From an uncultured delta proteobacterium (GTDB lineage Bacteria; Desulfobacterota; Desulfuromonadia; Geobacterales; DSM-12255), in contig CAWBBV010000012.1 of NCBI GenBank assembly GCA_963787125.1, positions 192,001 to 256,000 on the forward strand: 64,000 nt of DNA, read 5' to 3'. Under the pieces are notes generated by a model that saw only the letters and a program-made list of their open reading frames with translations, ran no database searches and was not told the origin of the DNA. Made by a program: the position numbers and the translations under genes. Below, piece by piece: positions 29,574 to 39,182 of the stretch. Every line of letters starts with the position of its first letter. The stretch's first letter is position 1.

Positions 29574-29593
29574 AATTCCGGCCGGCCGGAATT
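29574..29593. promoter_or_regulatory. perfect 20-bp palindrome, candidate parS
   Basis: AATTCCGGCCGGCCGGAATT, about 70 bp downstream of the parB-like stop. Confidence 0.5.
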
Positions 29594-29662
29594 CTGTAAC
29601 TTTACGATATCATACAACTTAGTATCCAAATTTTTGCGTTGCAGCGCTGTCCAGGAAATCAT

Positions 29663-30430
29663 TTACGCCTTGAGCAGCTTAATTTTCTGATAGGCCACGC
29701 CCCGCAGTTTTTCAACTTCCAGAAGTAGGGCAGTTTTCTGCTCAGTGGTCATGTCGGCGATAACTATGGTATCGAGCTTTTCCGCCCAGCCGGTGACGTC
29801 TGCCACTGTTAGCTGCTTCTTGATAACCTTGGGCGTGGTCTTTTTCCTGATTTCACCACGGGTCAGGCCGCTCTCCTTGTACTTGGTGTAGAGGGCTGTC
29901 ATCTTCTCGGCTGTTTTCTGTCTGGCAATAAGACCAAGGATGCTGCGCATCGCCTTGGGATCATTGCGGCAGTCGTCCTTTACTGCCGCCGGTAAACGAT
30001 TCAGGGAGAGAATTTCCGAGATGGTCGAATCCGACTTCCCCAGTGCTGTTGACAGCTCTGCCAGCCCGTAATCATGCACCGCCCGCAGCCGCTCAATCGC
30101 CTCCGCTTCCTCAATGGCCGTCAGATTCTCCCGCAGCAGATTCTCGATAATGGAAATCTCCGCCGGTTCTCCGTCGGTGATCATCGCCGGGACAGTTTCC
30201 AGACCGGCATTCTTCGCCGCCTGATAACGCCGCTCGCCGGAGACGATGATAAACTTGCCACCCTCCCCTGCCCGCACCAGAATCGGCTGAAGGACACCAT
30301 GGCTGGAAATGGAAGCTGTCAGATCGGCCAGCGCCTGCTCGTCGAAGAATTTGCGCGGCTGCTCCGGGTCGGGAAGCAGCTGAAACATGCTCAACTGGTA
30401 GAGTTTGCCTTTTTCAAAGTCTGTGGCCAT
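29663..30430 (-). CDS. orphan ParB/Spo0J-family protein
   Basis: QPRKFFD, GVLQPILVR, SGERRYQA (CTPase box), ENLLRENL, HTH. Confidence 0.92.
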   Translation of the reverse strand: MATDFEKGKLYQLSMFQLLPDPEQPRKFFDEQALADLTASISSHGVLQPILVRAGEGGKFIIVSGERRYQAAKNAGLETVPAMITDGEPAEISIIENLLRENLTAIEEAEAIERLRAVHDYGLAELSTALGKSDSTISEILSLNRLPAAVKDDCRNDPKAMRSILGLIARQKTAEKMTALYTKYKESGLTRGEIRKKTTPKVIKKQLTVADVTGWAEKLDTIVIADMTTEQKTALLLEVEKLRGVAYQKIKLLKA

Positions 30431-30477
30431 AACGTCTCCTTTAAGGGGTTAATGCTCCCAAAATGCCAAAAAAATGA

Positions 30478-30574
30478 CTCACGCAACGACGCGACGAAAG
30501 GCAGAAATAAAAAAAGATTCACAACCGGATTCAGGTTTTAAGATTCTCGTTGAGTCGTTGCGTCGTTGCGTGAG
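30478..30574. repeat. inverted arrays of 8-bp iterons upstream of parB-like gene
   Basis: CTCACGCAACGACGC (30478-92) / GCGTCGTTGCGTGAG (30560-74); TCGTTG(A/C)G three times. Confidence 0.8.
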
Positions 30575-30598
30575 AACGGTTTTATGCTTTGTGAACTA

Positions 30599-30641
30599 AA
30601 AAAGCCGCCTGCCCGGTTTTAATCCCGGTTCAGCGGCTTTG
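30599..30641 (-). terminator. probable terminator downstream of ribE
   Basis: AAAGCCGC...GCGGCTTT stem with an A-run on the left. Confidence 0.55.
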
Positions 30642-30802
30642 TATTGTTGATTATTTATATTCATAACATTCCTTATGACATCAACATTAAAGGTGTCGCA
30701 AAATACAATGCGGTTCTATAATTGTCAATGTTTAATAAGGAAATTTGAGTTAACGGTTATAGTTGCTAGCTGGCAATAATCCTCAGGTCTTTAACCGGCA
30801 CC

Positions 30803-31453
30803 TCAGGCAAAGCCATTTTCCAGAAGCTGCTGCATGCTTATCCCGCCAGACGCCTTCACTGAGCCCGCAGCGGATAACAGTCTCTCAACATACTTGCCGA
30901 TAATATCTGTCTCAATATTGACAGTGTCACCCGGCTTTCTGAAAGCCAGTGTCGTCATCTTTGCTGTGTGGGGAATGATGTTGATCGAGAAGCTCTCGGA
31001 CGTAACACGATTGACAGTAAGACTGATACCGTCTATGGCCACCGACCCTTTTTCAATTATATAGCGACATTTTTCAGCAGGGAGTCTGAATGAAAAGAGA
31101 ATATTGCCTGACTCTTCCCGCCGCTCGGTTACGGTTGCCACGCAGTCGATATGCCCGCTGACGATATGCCCGCCAAGCCGGTCAGACAGGCGCATTGCCC
31201 GCTCAAGATTCACCTTGTCGCCGGCAGAGAGCTTGCCCAGTCCTGATTTATCGAGAGTCTCCGGCGACACATCGAAAGTGAGCAGCGGTGCTTCAATGCT
31301 TGTGACGGTAAGACAAACTCCGTTAACCGCCACGGAGTCACCCAGATGGAATTCGCCCGCAGGCATGACGGTTGCTACCGTAAGCTTTGCCGAGCCACCC
31401 CGCCGTTCCAGCTTCTGCAGCCTCCCCACATCTTCTATCAGTCCTGTAAACAT
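30803..31453 (-). CDS. ribE: riboflavin synthase alpha
   Basis: MFTGLIE, GDSVAVNGVCLTV, GGHIVSGH. Confidence 0.97.
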   Translation of the reverse strand: MFTGLIEDVGRLQKLERRGGSAKLTVATVMPAGEFHLGDSVAVNGVCLTVTSIEAPLLTFDVSPETLDKSGLGKLSAGDKVNLERAMRLSDRLGGHIVSGHIDCVATVTERREESGNILFSFRLPAEKCRYIIEKGSVAIDGISLTVNRVTSESFSINIIPHTAKMTTLAFRKPGDTVNIETDIIGKYVERLLSAAGSVKASGGISMQQLLENGFA

Positions 31454-32544
31454 CTCTCCTCCGGAGCCGCTTCGACAAGGATATCGTTACCGACCCTTGA
31501 CACTTTATGTATTGAAAGCTGAACTGCATCCCTCATGAAAGTAGCACCGGCACCGGCAAAGAGCCCTCTTCCGTCACCACCTAGAATTTTCGGTGCGTAA
31601 AAGAGTAAAAACCTGTCAATCAGCCGCTGACGGAGCATTGCACCGCAAAGACGCTCGCCGGCTTCAAGCAGAATCGACTGAATGCCGCGCGCGCCCAGTT
31701 TTTCCAGCAACAAAGCCAAATCAACCCGGCCATCCTGTCCGGCACAAAGCAGCACTTCAGCGCCTCTTTCAGTCAAAGCGGTAATTTTTGACTGGTCATT
31801 ACAGAGGGTTGCAATAATAACCGGAGTTGTTGCCGCATCGCTCATGAGCCGGCAATTGACAGGGATCTGCAGACTGCTGTCAACTACGATCCTGACAGGA
31901 TTTCTCCCTTTAACCATTCTGACGGTAAGCTGGGGATCATCTGCCAGCACTGTTCCGGAGCCGGTCATGACAGCGTCGACTCCAGCACGGAGTCGGTGCA
32001 CCAGTTTGCGTGAAGTTTCGCAGGTTATCCACTTTGAGTCACCGGAAAGCGCCGCACTCTTGCCGTCCATGGTCATGGCACTCTTCATGGTTACAAACGG
32101 CAGTCCGCTGGTCACATGCTTAATGAAAGGAAAATTGAGCTCGCGACAGTCCAAAGCCAGAACTCCGGACACGACCTCAAGTCCGGCTTTTCTGAGCATT
32201 TCTATCCCCCTGCCGCTGACCAGCGGATTCGGATCGATCATGCCGACAAAAACTCTTTCAATCCCTGCGGCGATAACAGCCGCCGCGCAAGGGGGGGTCT
32301 TGCCGAAATGGGAACAGGGCTCAAGGGTTACATAAAGATCAGCACCCCTGGCAAGTCCCCCGGCCTGGTTCAGGGCATGAACCTCGGCATGGGGCGTGCC
32401 GGCCTTTTTGTGCCACCCCTCACCAACTATTACACCGTCTTTAACGACAACAGCACCTACCGCCGGATTGGGCGCTGTCTTGCCGCTGCCTTTGCGGGCA
32501 AGCGCAAGTGCTCTTCTCATCATTTTTTCAGCAAAAGCGCTCAC
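31438..32544 (-). CDS. ribD: riboflavin deaminase/reductase
   Basis: [23 protein letters not shown]. Confidence 0.97.
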   Translation of the reverse strand: MSAFAEKMMRRALALARKGSGKTAPNPAVGAVVVKDGVIVGEGWHKKAGTPHAEVHALNQAGGLARGADLYVTLEPCSHFGKTPPCAAAVIAAGIERVFVGMIDPNPLVSGRGIEMLRKAGLEVVSGVLALDCRELNFPFIKHVTSGLPFVTMKSAMTMDGKSAALSGDSKWITCETSRKLVHRLRAGVDAVMTGSGTVLADDPQLTVRMVKGRNPVRIVVDSSLQIPVNCRLMSDAATTPVIIATLCNDQSKITALTERGAEVLLCAGQDGRVDLALLLEKLGARGIQSILLEAGERLCGAMLRQRLIDRFLLFYAPKILGGDGRGLFAGAGATFMRDAVQLSIHKVSRVGNDILVEAAPEERCLQD

Positions 32545-33053
32545 CCGGACAACCCGCCTTTGCGTAAATCCACCTTCTTTAAACGCCGCCCGCCGCCCTG
32601 CTCTCCCTTCAACAGATCCTGCAGCTCGGACATGAACTCGGTAATATCCCTGAAAGAACGATAAACCGAGGCAAAGCGGACGTACGCAACTTCATCGACA
32701 TCATGAAGTTCATTCATGATCCATTCACCGATAACTGTTCCCGGGATCTCTTTCTCGCCACTCTCAAGGAGCCTGGATTCAAGCCGGCTCGCCATATCCT
32801 CAATATCATTGATAGATACCGGTCGTTTCTCGCACGCTTTTTTCATCCCACCAATGACCTTGCCGCGATCATAACTTTCCCGGCGACCATCCTTCTTCAG
32901 GATCATCGGCATGAACTCTTCAATCCTTTCGTGAGTGGTAAAACGGCGTGAGCATGACTCGCACTCGCGTCGGCGTCTTATGGCCGAGCTGTCCTTGTCA
33001 GGCCGTGAATCGATAACTTTTGTGTCGACAAACCCACAGAAAGGGCATTTCAT
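32541..33053 (-). CDS. nrdR: transcriptional repressor NrdR
   Basis: MKCPFC, IRRRREC, ATP cone, AYVRFASVY. Confidence 0.98.
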   Translation of the reverse strand: MKCPFCGFVDTKVIDSRPDKDSSAIRRRRECESCSRRFTTHERIEEFMPMILKKDGRRESYDRGKVIGGMKKACEKRPVSINDIEDMASRLESRLLESGEKEIPGTVIGEWIMNELHDVDEVAYVRFASVYRSFRDITEFMSELQDLLKGEQGGGRRLKKVDLRKGGLSG

Positions 33054-33517
33054 ATACTGTCCTCACCTAACGTTGCGGTAAACATATCAACAGTTATGCC
33101 GGTCTCGGCGATCATTTCGGCTGCCAGTGCATCGGGATAGCCATGCTCGTAGACAACCCGTTTGATCCCGGCATTGATAATCATTTTGGAGCAGATGATG
33201 CATGGCATTGTCGTGCAGTAAAGTGTTGCGCCGTCAATGTTGGTTCCATGCTTGGCCGCCTGAATAATTGCGTTCTGTTCAGCATGAAGCCCCCGGCAGA
33301 GTTCATGCCGTTCTCCTGAAGGGATACCGAGTTTTTCTCGTAGGCAGCCGACGTCAAGGCAGTGGGCAACGCCTGCAGGAGAGCCATTGTAGCCGGTTGC
33401 GAGGATATTCTTGTCTTTCACGAGAACTGATCCGACCTGCCGCCGCAGACAGGTGGAACGCTTGGCCACAAGGTGCGTAATCTCCATAAAATATTCATCC
33501 CATGTAGGTCTGGACAT
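33050..33517 (-). CDS. dCMP deaminase family protein
   Basis: [23 protein letters not shown]. Confidence 0.93.
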   Translation of the reverse strand: MSRPTWDEYFMEITHLVAKRSTCLRRQVGSVLVKDKNILATGYNGSPAGVAHCLDVGCLREKLGIPSGERHELCRGLHAEQNAIIQAAKHGTNIDGATLYCTTMPCIICSKMIINAGIKRVVYEHGYPDALAAEMIAETGITVDMFTATLGEDSI

Positions 33518-33636
33518 AAAAGTAACTCCCGTTCTGACAACAAATTCAGTTTTGAGAAGATAGCCGATAACAGGTGGCCCGGTCAAGGATTCAGGCAGCT
33601 CTTGACATGGCACAAGAAGATATGGATACTCGCAGA

Positions 33637-34212
33637 ATGAAACCTGAAAAAATTCTTGCCGAACATTTTTCACCACTGGCTCTGCAGATCATTATAGACC
33701 ATAGCCGTTATGTGGCAAAAAAAGCTCTTGCGATAGCAAAAAGCTGTTCCTTTGCCGGCACGCTCGATCTGGTTTTCATCGAACAGGCAGCCCTTTTGCA
33801 CGACATCGGGGTTTCCATGACTGACGCACCGTACCTCGACTGTCACGGCAAGGCTCCATATATCTGTCACGGAGTCTTAGGGAGAGAGATTCTTGAAAAA
33901 GCAGGGCTCCCAAGGCACGCACTGGTCTCTGAACGCCATATCGGGGTCGGGCTTACTGTCGAAGATATTATTAATCAGAAGCTACCTCTGCCACTACGTG
34001 ACATGCTGCCGCTGTCCAATGAAGAAAAGATCATCGCCTGTGCCGACCTTTTCTACTCGAAAAAGCGTCAAACTCTTTCCCAGGAAAAATCCATCGAACA
34101 GGTAAGAAGTGATTTGCACAAGTTCGGGGTTGCCAAGGCGCAGGTTTTTGATCAATGGGTGATTGATTTTTCACTCCTGAAGTTTGACAAAGCCGACGTT
34201 AAAAGTGTATAA
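33637..34212 (+). CDS. HD-domain phosphohydrolase
   Basis: HS..V, LLHDIG, RHIGVG, ADLFYSK. Confidence 0.88.
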   Translation: MKPEKILAEHFSPLALQIIIDHSRYVAKKALAIAKSCSFAGTLDLVFIEQAALLHDIGVSMTDAPYLDCHGKAPYICHGVLGREILEKAGLPRHALVSERHIGVGLTVEDIINQKLPLPLRDMLPLSNEEKIIACADLFYSKKRQTLSQEKSIEQVRSDLHKFGVAKAQVFDQWVIDFSLLKFDKADVKSV

Positions 34213-34213
34213 T
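34184..34213 (+). promoter_or_regulatory. consensus sigma70 promoter
   Basis: TTGACA-18nt-TATAAT. Confidence 0.75.
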
Positions 34214-34240
34214 CGCCCGAGATTTTAAAAGGTGGCCGAC

Positions 34241-34627
34241 ATGAAGAAATTATCTATTTCGCTTTACATTATTTTAGCGGCGACACTTTCAGCCTGCGGA
34301 GATTTTGAATGGTTTCCGAAAGTTCCTGATTCAACGGCCCCGAATGTTACGGCCTATATTGAAAATAAGCAAATCTTTGCCAATAGATCCACACATGTAA
34401 CAACTCTCCCGTCAACGGTCACTTTTTACACAGATGAAGCAGCAACTATTTACTACACAACAAATAATACTGATCCGACAACTTCATCCGCTTCTGTCGG
34501 AGTTTCGAGTTCCAGCGGTGCAACCGGACCCTCAATTACTCTTTCCGGCACTATCCTGAAGTTCTTCGGCAGAGACCAGGCTGCAAACTCTTCTGCAATT
34601 CAGGCGGGGACGATCGTATCACCTTAG
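34241..34627 (+). CDS. lipoprotein with chitobiase/Fn3-associated domain
   Basis: LSAC lipobox; ATIYYTTNNTDPT...LKFFGRD. Confidence 0.8.
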   Translation: MKKLSISLYIILAATLSACGDFEWFPKVPDSTAPNVTAYIENKQIFANRSTHVTTLPSTVTFYTDEAATIYYTTNNTDPTTSSASVGVSSSSGATGPSITLSGTILKFFGRDQAANSSAIQAGTIVSP

Positions 34628-34677
34628 GAGCCGTAACGAAATAACTGTTACATTTCTGTTGTTTCGTTACGGCTCCT
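34626..34677. terminator. long hairpin between convergent genes
   Basis: 16-bp arms AGGAGCCGTAACGAAA / TTTCGTTACGGCTCCT. Confidence 0.75.
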
Positions 34678-34726
34678 TATGCCGTTCTAGCCATGAAAGT
34701 TGTAACAGTCATTTTATTCCGACGGC

Positions 34727-37219
34727 TTAAGTCCCTTCTATCAAAGCTTTTACAGCCTCTTCCGAAATTCGGACAATCTCTGCCTGACTGCAACCTGAAA
34801 AATCGATCGGTTGGCCGAAAACTACTTTTACTTCACCTCTTTTGGGCCAGAGCGCCCCTCTTGGCAGAATTTTTTCAAGCCCTATCATTGCCACCGGCAC
34901 TACCGGTATCCCGAGTTCCTCCACCATTACTCCGAGCCCTTTTTGAAACGGCAGCAGCCCGCTGTCCTGAGTGCGTTCTCCTTCGGGAAAGAGCAACAGT
35001 GAATTTCCCTTATCAACCAGTCTTCCCATATGCTGCAGAGTTGCCCTGAATCCGGATGATTGTGGCAAAGGAAAAATTCCCATCAGTATCGAGCAGTATT
35101 CAAAGGCGATTTTTTTCCAGAGATGCATGAGTGGATTGTCAAAATTGACAAGAAAAAACTCTGCCCAGGCAGCTGTGGCGATTTTATATCTGACTTTCGG
35201 GGGCATGGCGTTCAATACTGTCGGCTGATCCAGGTAGCTGATATGATTACAGATAAACATTACCGGCCGGTCAAGCCCGGTGATGTGTTCCAGCCCCTCA
35301 GGTTTTAAACGTACCAGGATTTTATAAAGCGGCGAGTGAAAAACCGAGTCGGCAAGCTGCCTTAAAAACCTTATCGGCTCAGATGCTGTCCAGAGTCGCA
35401 GCCCTTTTGGCTGAGGTGTCTTTTCACGTTTTGCTATCATCTCCCGTATATCAGAAACTCTTGTCTGCGGGCCTATGGCGGCTTCATCAAGATCCATCCT
35501 GTACTCTTGCTCAATAGTGTTTGCCAGCTCAAGACGCGCAATCGAGGTAAGCCCCAGATCAGCAACCAAAAAAGCCTCTTCGCGAACATCTCCAGAAGGA
35601 GAGCCCAGAATCTGGGCAATAATAACGCAAAGTTTGTCCGCTGAACCAACGCTACTGTCATCCCCCGAACCTGCCTCTAGCAGCCGTTTTTTGACAACAA
35701 ATTTCTGAACCTTGAGAGTGGTGGTTTTGGGGAGTTCTGTATCCGGCCACAGTGAAAATCCGGTGATTTTATGCAGCTCATCAAGTGAATGATTGACTTC
35801 GCTTACAATTTCATCAAGACCTCTGGTGCTACCGTCAGGGATGATTACTGCATGTACCTCCTCACCACTGCCCCGGTCAAGGCCTATGACACAGCCGTCC
35901 CTTACCCCTGGAGTTCTCAGGAGGACGGTTTCAAGCTCATCAGGGTAGACATTGATTCCGGCGCCGGTGACTATGACCTCCTTGGCTCGCCCTTTGATAA
36001 CCAAAGCGCCGCTTTCATCGAAAACACCTATGTCTCCGGTACGAAACCAGCCATCAGAAGTGAAACTATCTTTTGTCGCAATTTCGTTTTTGTAATAGCC
36101 GGAGAAGATATTATCTCCTTTTGCCTGCACCTCGCCGTTTTCAAGCCTGAGCTCAACCCCTGGAACTGCCCAGCCGACTGAACCGCAGAGCTGTTTCTCC
36201 ATTTTATTTGTCGTAAGAACCGGCGCGGTTTCGCTCAAACCATAACCTTCGACGACTCTGAATCCTGCAGAGTTCCAGAAACGGAAGGTATCAGGTGAGA
36301 GCGGAGCTCCTCCCGAAACGAACATTCTGAAATTCTTTCCAAATTTCCTTTGCACAGGAAAGAACAGTTTTTGCCTGGCCTCAATAGACCAATTTGCGGA
36401 AAGTTTACCGAGCTTGATGAAAGCGCCCAGAAGGCCTTTTGCCGCCAATTCTCGCTCGACAGAAGTTTTAAGGAGTTGCAGTAAACGTGGGACTGCAACC
36501 ATGGTCTGCACATCCTCATCAGCAAATGCTTCCATGATCGCAGATGGTTTAAGGGTCCTTAAATAAATGATCGACCCACCGATAAAAAGCGGTACCAGGC
36601 ATCCTGCTGTCTGCTCGAACATATGTGAAAGCGGCAATAATGACAGAAAGCGATAATCTTCATTAACCATCGGGAATTGAGCCGAGACCTGTCTCACATT
36701 AGCCATCAGGTTTTTATGAGATAGAGCAACCCCTTTTGGAGCGCCGGTTGTGCCTGAAGTGTAAACAAGCTCGCAAAGGTCATCCGGAGCCGGTCTCCAA
36801 ATGTCCGGGCACTTTTCATAGTTTTTTAAATGAAGTTCCAGATCTTCAAGAACTAAAGTTTTGACACCGCGCAGAGATTCAGGCTTCAGGCGACTCTTTA
36901 TAGCAAAAACAGCTCCTGACAGTTCGACGATACTTTGGGCCCGTTCGATTCCAGACATGAAATCAACTGGCACAACGACCGCTCCGAGTGCAACTGCTCC
37001 CCAGAAGGTAAATAGCCATGAGGGGTTATTAGGCCCCCAGATCAGGACCCTGTCGCCGGGATGAACACCTTCAGCTCTTAGTAATGACGCCATTTTACAA
37101 GACATTGTATAAAGGTCCTGGTAGCTGTAAGAATGCCGCCTTACCCCACTTCTGTAAATGATGGCGGTGCGCAAACCGCGGGAGTTGAAGCTTTCCAGAA
37201 TATTGTTTAAACCGTTCAT
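34727..37219 (-). CDS. acyl-CoA/ACP synthetase - carrier domain - PlsC acyltransferase fusion (Aas-like)
   Basis: YTSGTTGAPKG, EGYGLSE, DLGLTSIARLEL, NHISYLD, FPEGER. Confidence 0.9.
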   Translation of the reverse strand: MNGLNNILESFNSRGLRTAIIYRSGVRRHSYSYQDLYTMSCKMASLLRAEGVHPGDRVLIWGPNNPSWLFTFWGAVALGAVVVPVDFMSGIERAQSIVELSGAVFAIKSRLKPESLRGVKTLVLEDLELHLKNYEKCPDIWRPAPDDLCELVYTSGTTGAPKGVALSHKNLMANVRQVSAQFPMVNEDYRFLSLLPLSHMFEQTAGCLVPLFIGGSIIYLRTLKPSAIMEAFADEDVQTMVAVPRLLQLLKTSVERELAAKGLLGAFIKLGKLSANWSIEARQKLFFPVQRKFGKNFRMFVSGGAPLSPDTFRFWNSAGFRVVEGYGLSETAPVLTTNKMEKQLCGSVGWAVPGVELRLENGEVQAKGDNIFSGYYKNEIATKDSFTSDGWFRTGDIGVFDESGALVIKGRAKEVIVTGAGINVYPDELETVLLRTPGVRDGCVIGLDRGSGEEVHAVIIPDGSTRGLDEIVSEVNHSLDELHKITGFSLWPDTELPKTTTLKVQKFVVKKRLLEAGSGDDSSVGSADKLCVIIAQILGSPSGDVREEAFLVADLGLTSIARLELANTIEQEYRMDLDEAAIGPQTRVSDIREMIAKREKTPQPKGLRLWTASEPIRFLRQLADSVFHSPLYKILVRLKPEGLEHITGLDRPVMFICNHISYLDQPTVLNAMPPKVRYKIATAAWAEFFLVNFDNPLMHLWKKIAFEYCSILMGIFPLPQSSGFRATLQHMGRLVDKGNSLLLFPEGERTQDSGLLPFQKGLGVMVEELGIPVVPVAMIGLEKILPRGALWPKRGEVKVVFGQPIDFSGCSQAEIVRISEEAVKALIEGT

Positions 37220-37321
37220 ATCTTCACTCCGCTAACCTGTTGTATTGACCTTGCCTTTAAAGTATAAAGGAGATTCCGTAAGAGACAATCCAATGGCGGT
37301 TTTTTGTTGGGGGACGAAACA

Positions 37322-38467
37322 ATGCAGATGAAAGTCGGCAGTTTGCTGGTAAAAGAGCGGATCATTACAGAGCATCAACTTGAAGAGGCTCTCCGTAATC
37401 AGGTCATTTTCGGTGGTAAGGTCGGCACAAACCTCATTGAACTCGGCTATATAACAACCGAACTCCTTGCTGCTGCCCTTGCAAGACATAAAGGGGTCAT
37501 GCAGGTCAGGACTGCTGATCTTCATTCCATTGTACCTGAGGTTATCGCCCTTATCCCTGCAGAGATCGCAAAAAAGCATCAGGTTCTGCCGATTGCTCTC
37601 GACAAAAAGCGGCTGACCGTTGCCATGGCCGACCCTGCAGACCTGGCAGCGATTGATAAACTGTCCTTCATGACCGGAATGTACATTAACCCGGTAGTGA
37701 TCCCGGAAGTACTGCTGATAAATGCCCTTGAACGTTATTACAGGATAAAGCGCGAAACTCGCTATATCGCCATAGCCAAGGATATGAAAAGAGATCCAAG
37801 AACAGAAATGCCGGAAGAGATAAACGAGATCAATGAAATAGAAATTCCTGCGGCAAAACCAGAAATAAAAATAATAGAAGAAGAGTTTATCGAAATCCCC
37901 GAGTTTGACGGCTTTGATAAAGTAGAGATCCCGGATGCCCCGGAACCGGAAAAGCACGTCCCGACGCAAGAAGAGATCAAGGAGGGGTATAACCTGACCG
38001 ATATGTGTACCGCACTTGCAGGGGCAACCTCAAGGGACGCCATAGGTGCGGCGCTGATGGAATACCTGCGATTAAGACACTTTCGGGCGGCACTATTTCT
38101 TCCTAAAGAACCTACAATGAGCGGCTGGCTGGCCGCTGAAGAAAACGGTTATGTGGAGAACTTTGCCGATGTAAGAATCGATTTGGAAGCTCCTTCAGCT
38201 TTCATTCAGGTGATTGAAACCAAAAACTTCTGCATGGGACAGCTTTTAAGTCCCACAGACCTCAAAGCTGCCTCAGCCGTTGGTGCAAAAGATAACCCTG
38301 CCATACTGCTACCGATAGTCCTTATGAACAGGGTTGTAGCAATTCTCTGTGTAATCGACTCTCTGGAAAAGCTGTCCCGATCACTGAACGAACTGCAGAA
38401 AATTGTCGTAAAAAGTGCTATGGCATTTGAAATCCTGATAATGCGCAACAAGATTCAGATGATCTAA
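37322..38467 (+). CDS. MshEN/GspE N-terminal domain protein
   Basis: Two MshEN-like motifs (KVGSLLV..IITEHQLEEALRNQ; KVGTNLIELGYI) and VAMADP. Confidence 0.85.
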   Translation: MQMKVGSLLVKERIITEHQLEEALRNQVIFGGKVGTNLIELGYITTELLAAALARHKGVMQVRTADLHSIVPEVIALIPAEIAKKHQVLPIALDKKRLTVAMADPADLAAIDKLSFMTGMYINPVVIPEVLLINALERYYRIKRETRYIAIAKDMKRDPRTEMPEEINEINEIEIPAAKPEIKIIEEEFIEIPEFDGFDKVEIPDAPEPEKHVPTQEEIKEGYNLTDMCTALAGATSRDAIGAALMEYLRLRHFRAALFLPKEPTMSGWLAAEENGYVENFADVRIDLEAPSAFIQVIETKNFCMGQLLSPTDLKAASAVGAKDNPAILLPIVLMNRVVAILCVIDSLEKLSRSLNELQKIVVKSAMAFEILIMRNKIQMI

Positions 38468-38495
38468 GTTCAAGTTGATTGCCAGTAAATGTTAA

Positions 38496-39182
38496 TCACC
38501 AGAAATACCATCTATGAGTTGCAAGAACGTACACACCCAGTAGTAAGTTGGTCAACGCATGTGACATAATGCAACAAACAATACTGCGCGTGGAGTAAAG
38601 AAGAAGGTTATAGGCGATTCCGGCTATAATCCCTGCATAAATCAAATCGTGTTCAAGTCCGAACAAAAATGCCGAGATCAGAAATGACGACCAGGTGAAA
38701 GTCCCGATTGCGACTTTACTATAGTTTTGGCTTACAAGATAACGCAGTAAAAATGACCGCCAGAAAATCTCCTCCATCACCGGCACAACTATAGTCGCTC
38801 CAGTCAGTCTCATGAAAATCATGAATGTTCTCAAGAGCTGATCCTGAAAAAAGAGCGGATTAAATCCTCGCTTGAGATCACTCGGCTTTACGGTAAAATC
38901 CATATTTATCCAGAGAACAAATACTGCTACACCACAAATCACCGTAACCGACAAATTTCGCCAGGAAAGCAGCGGTTTGAACTCTATTTCATCGTAACTG
39001 CGCCTGAATAAATACAGAAGGTAGCCGACAGATAGGGTCTTGACCGGGTAAAGACAATAAAGTGTCTCGGCAGAAATCACGATCACGCCTTTTTTTACCA
39101 GTGCAAGGGCAAGTTCCTCAATACCTATAAACCCCATAAATAGCAAAAACGGTAAAATTCGCGCTAGCATGGCGGCATTCAT
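38496..39182 (-). CDS. CAAX prenyl protease-related protein (PEP-CTERM-associated type)
   Basis: VVPVMEEIFWRSFL, FGLEH, HALTN. Confidence 0.88.
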   Translation of the reverse strand: MNAAMLARILPFLLFMGFIGIEELALALVKKGVIVISAETLYCLYPVKTLSVGYLLYLFRRSYDEIEFKPLLSWRNLSVTVICGVAVFVLWINMDFTVKPSDLKRGFNPLFFQDQLLRTFMIFMRLTGATIVVPVMEEIFWRSFLLRYLVSQNYSKVAIGTFTWSSFLISAFLFGLEHDLIYAGIIAGIAYNLLLYSTRSIVCCIMSHALTNLLLGVYVLATHRWYFW

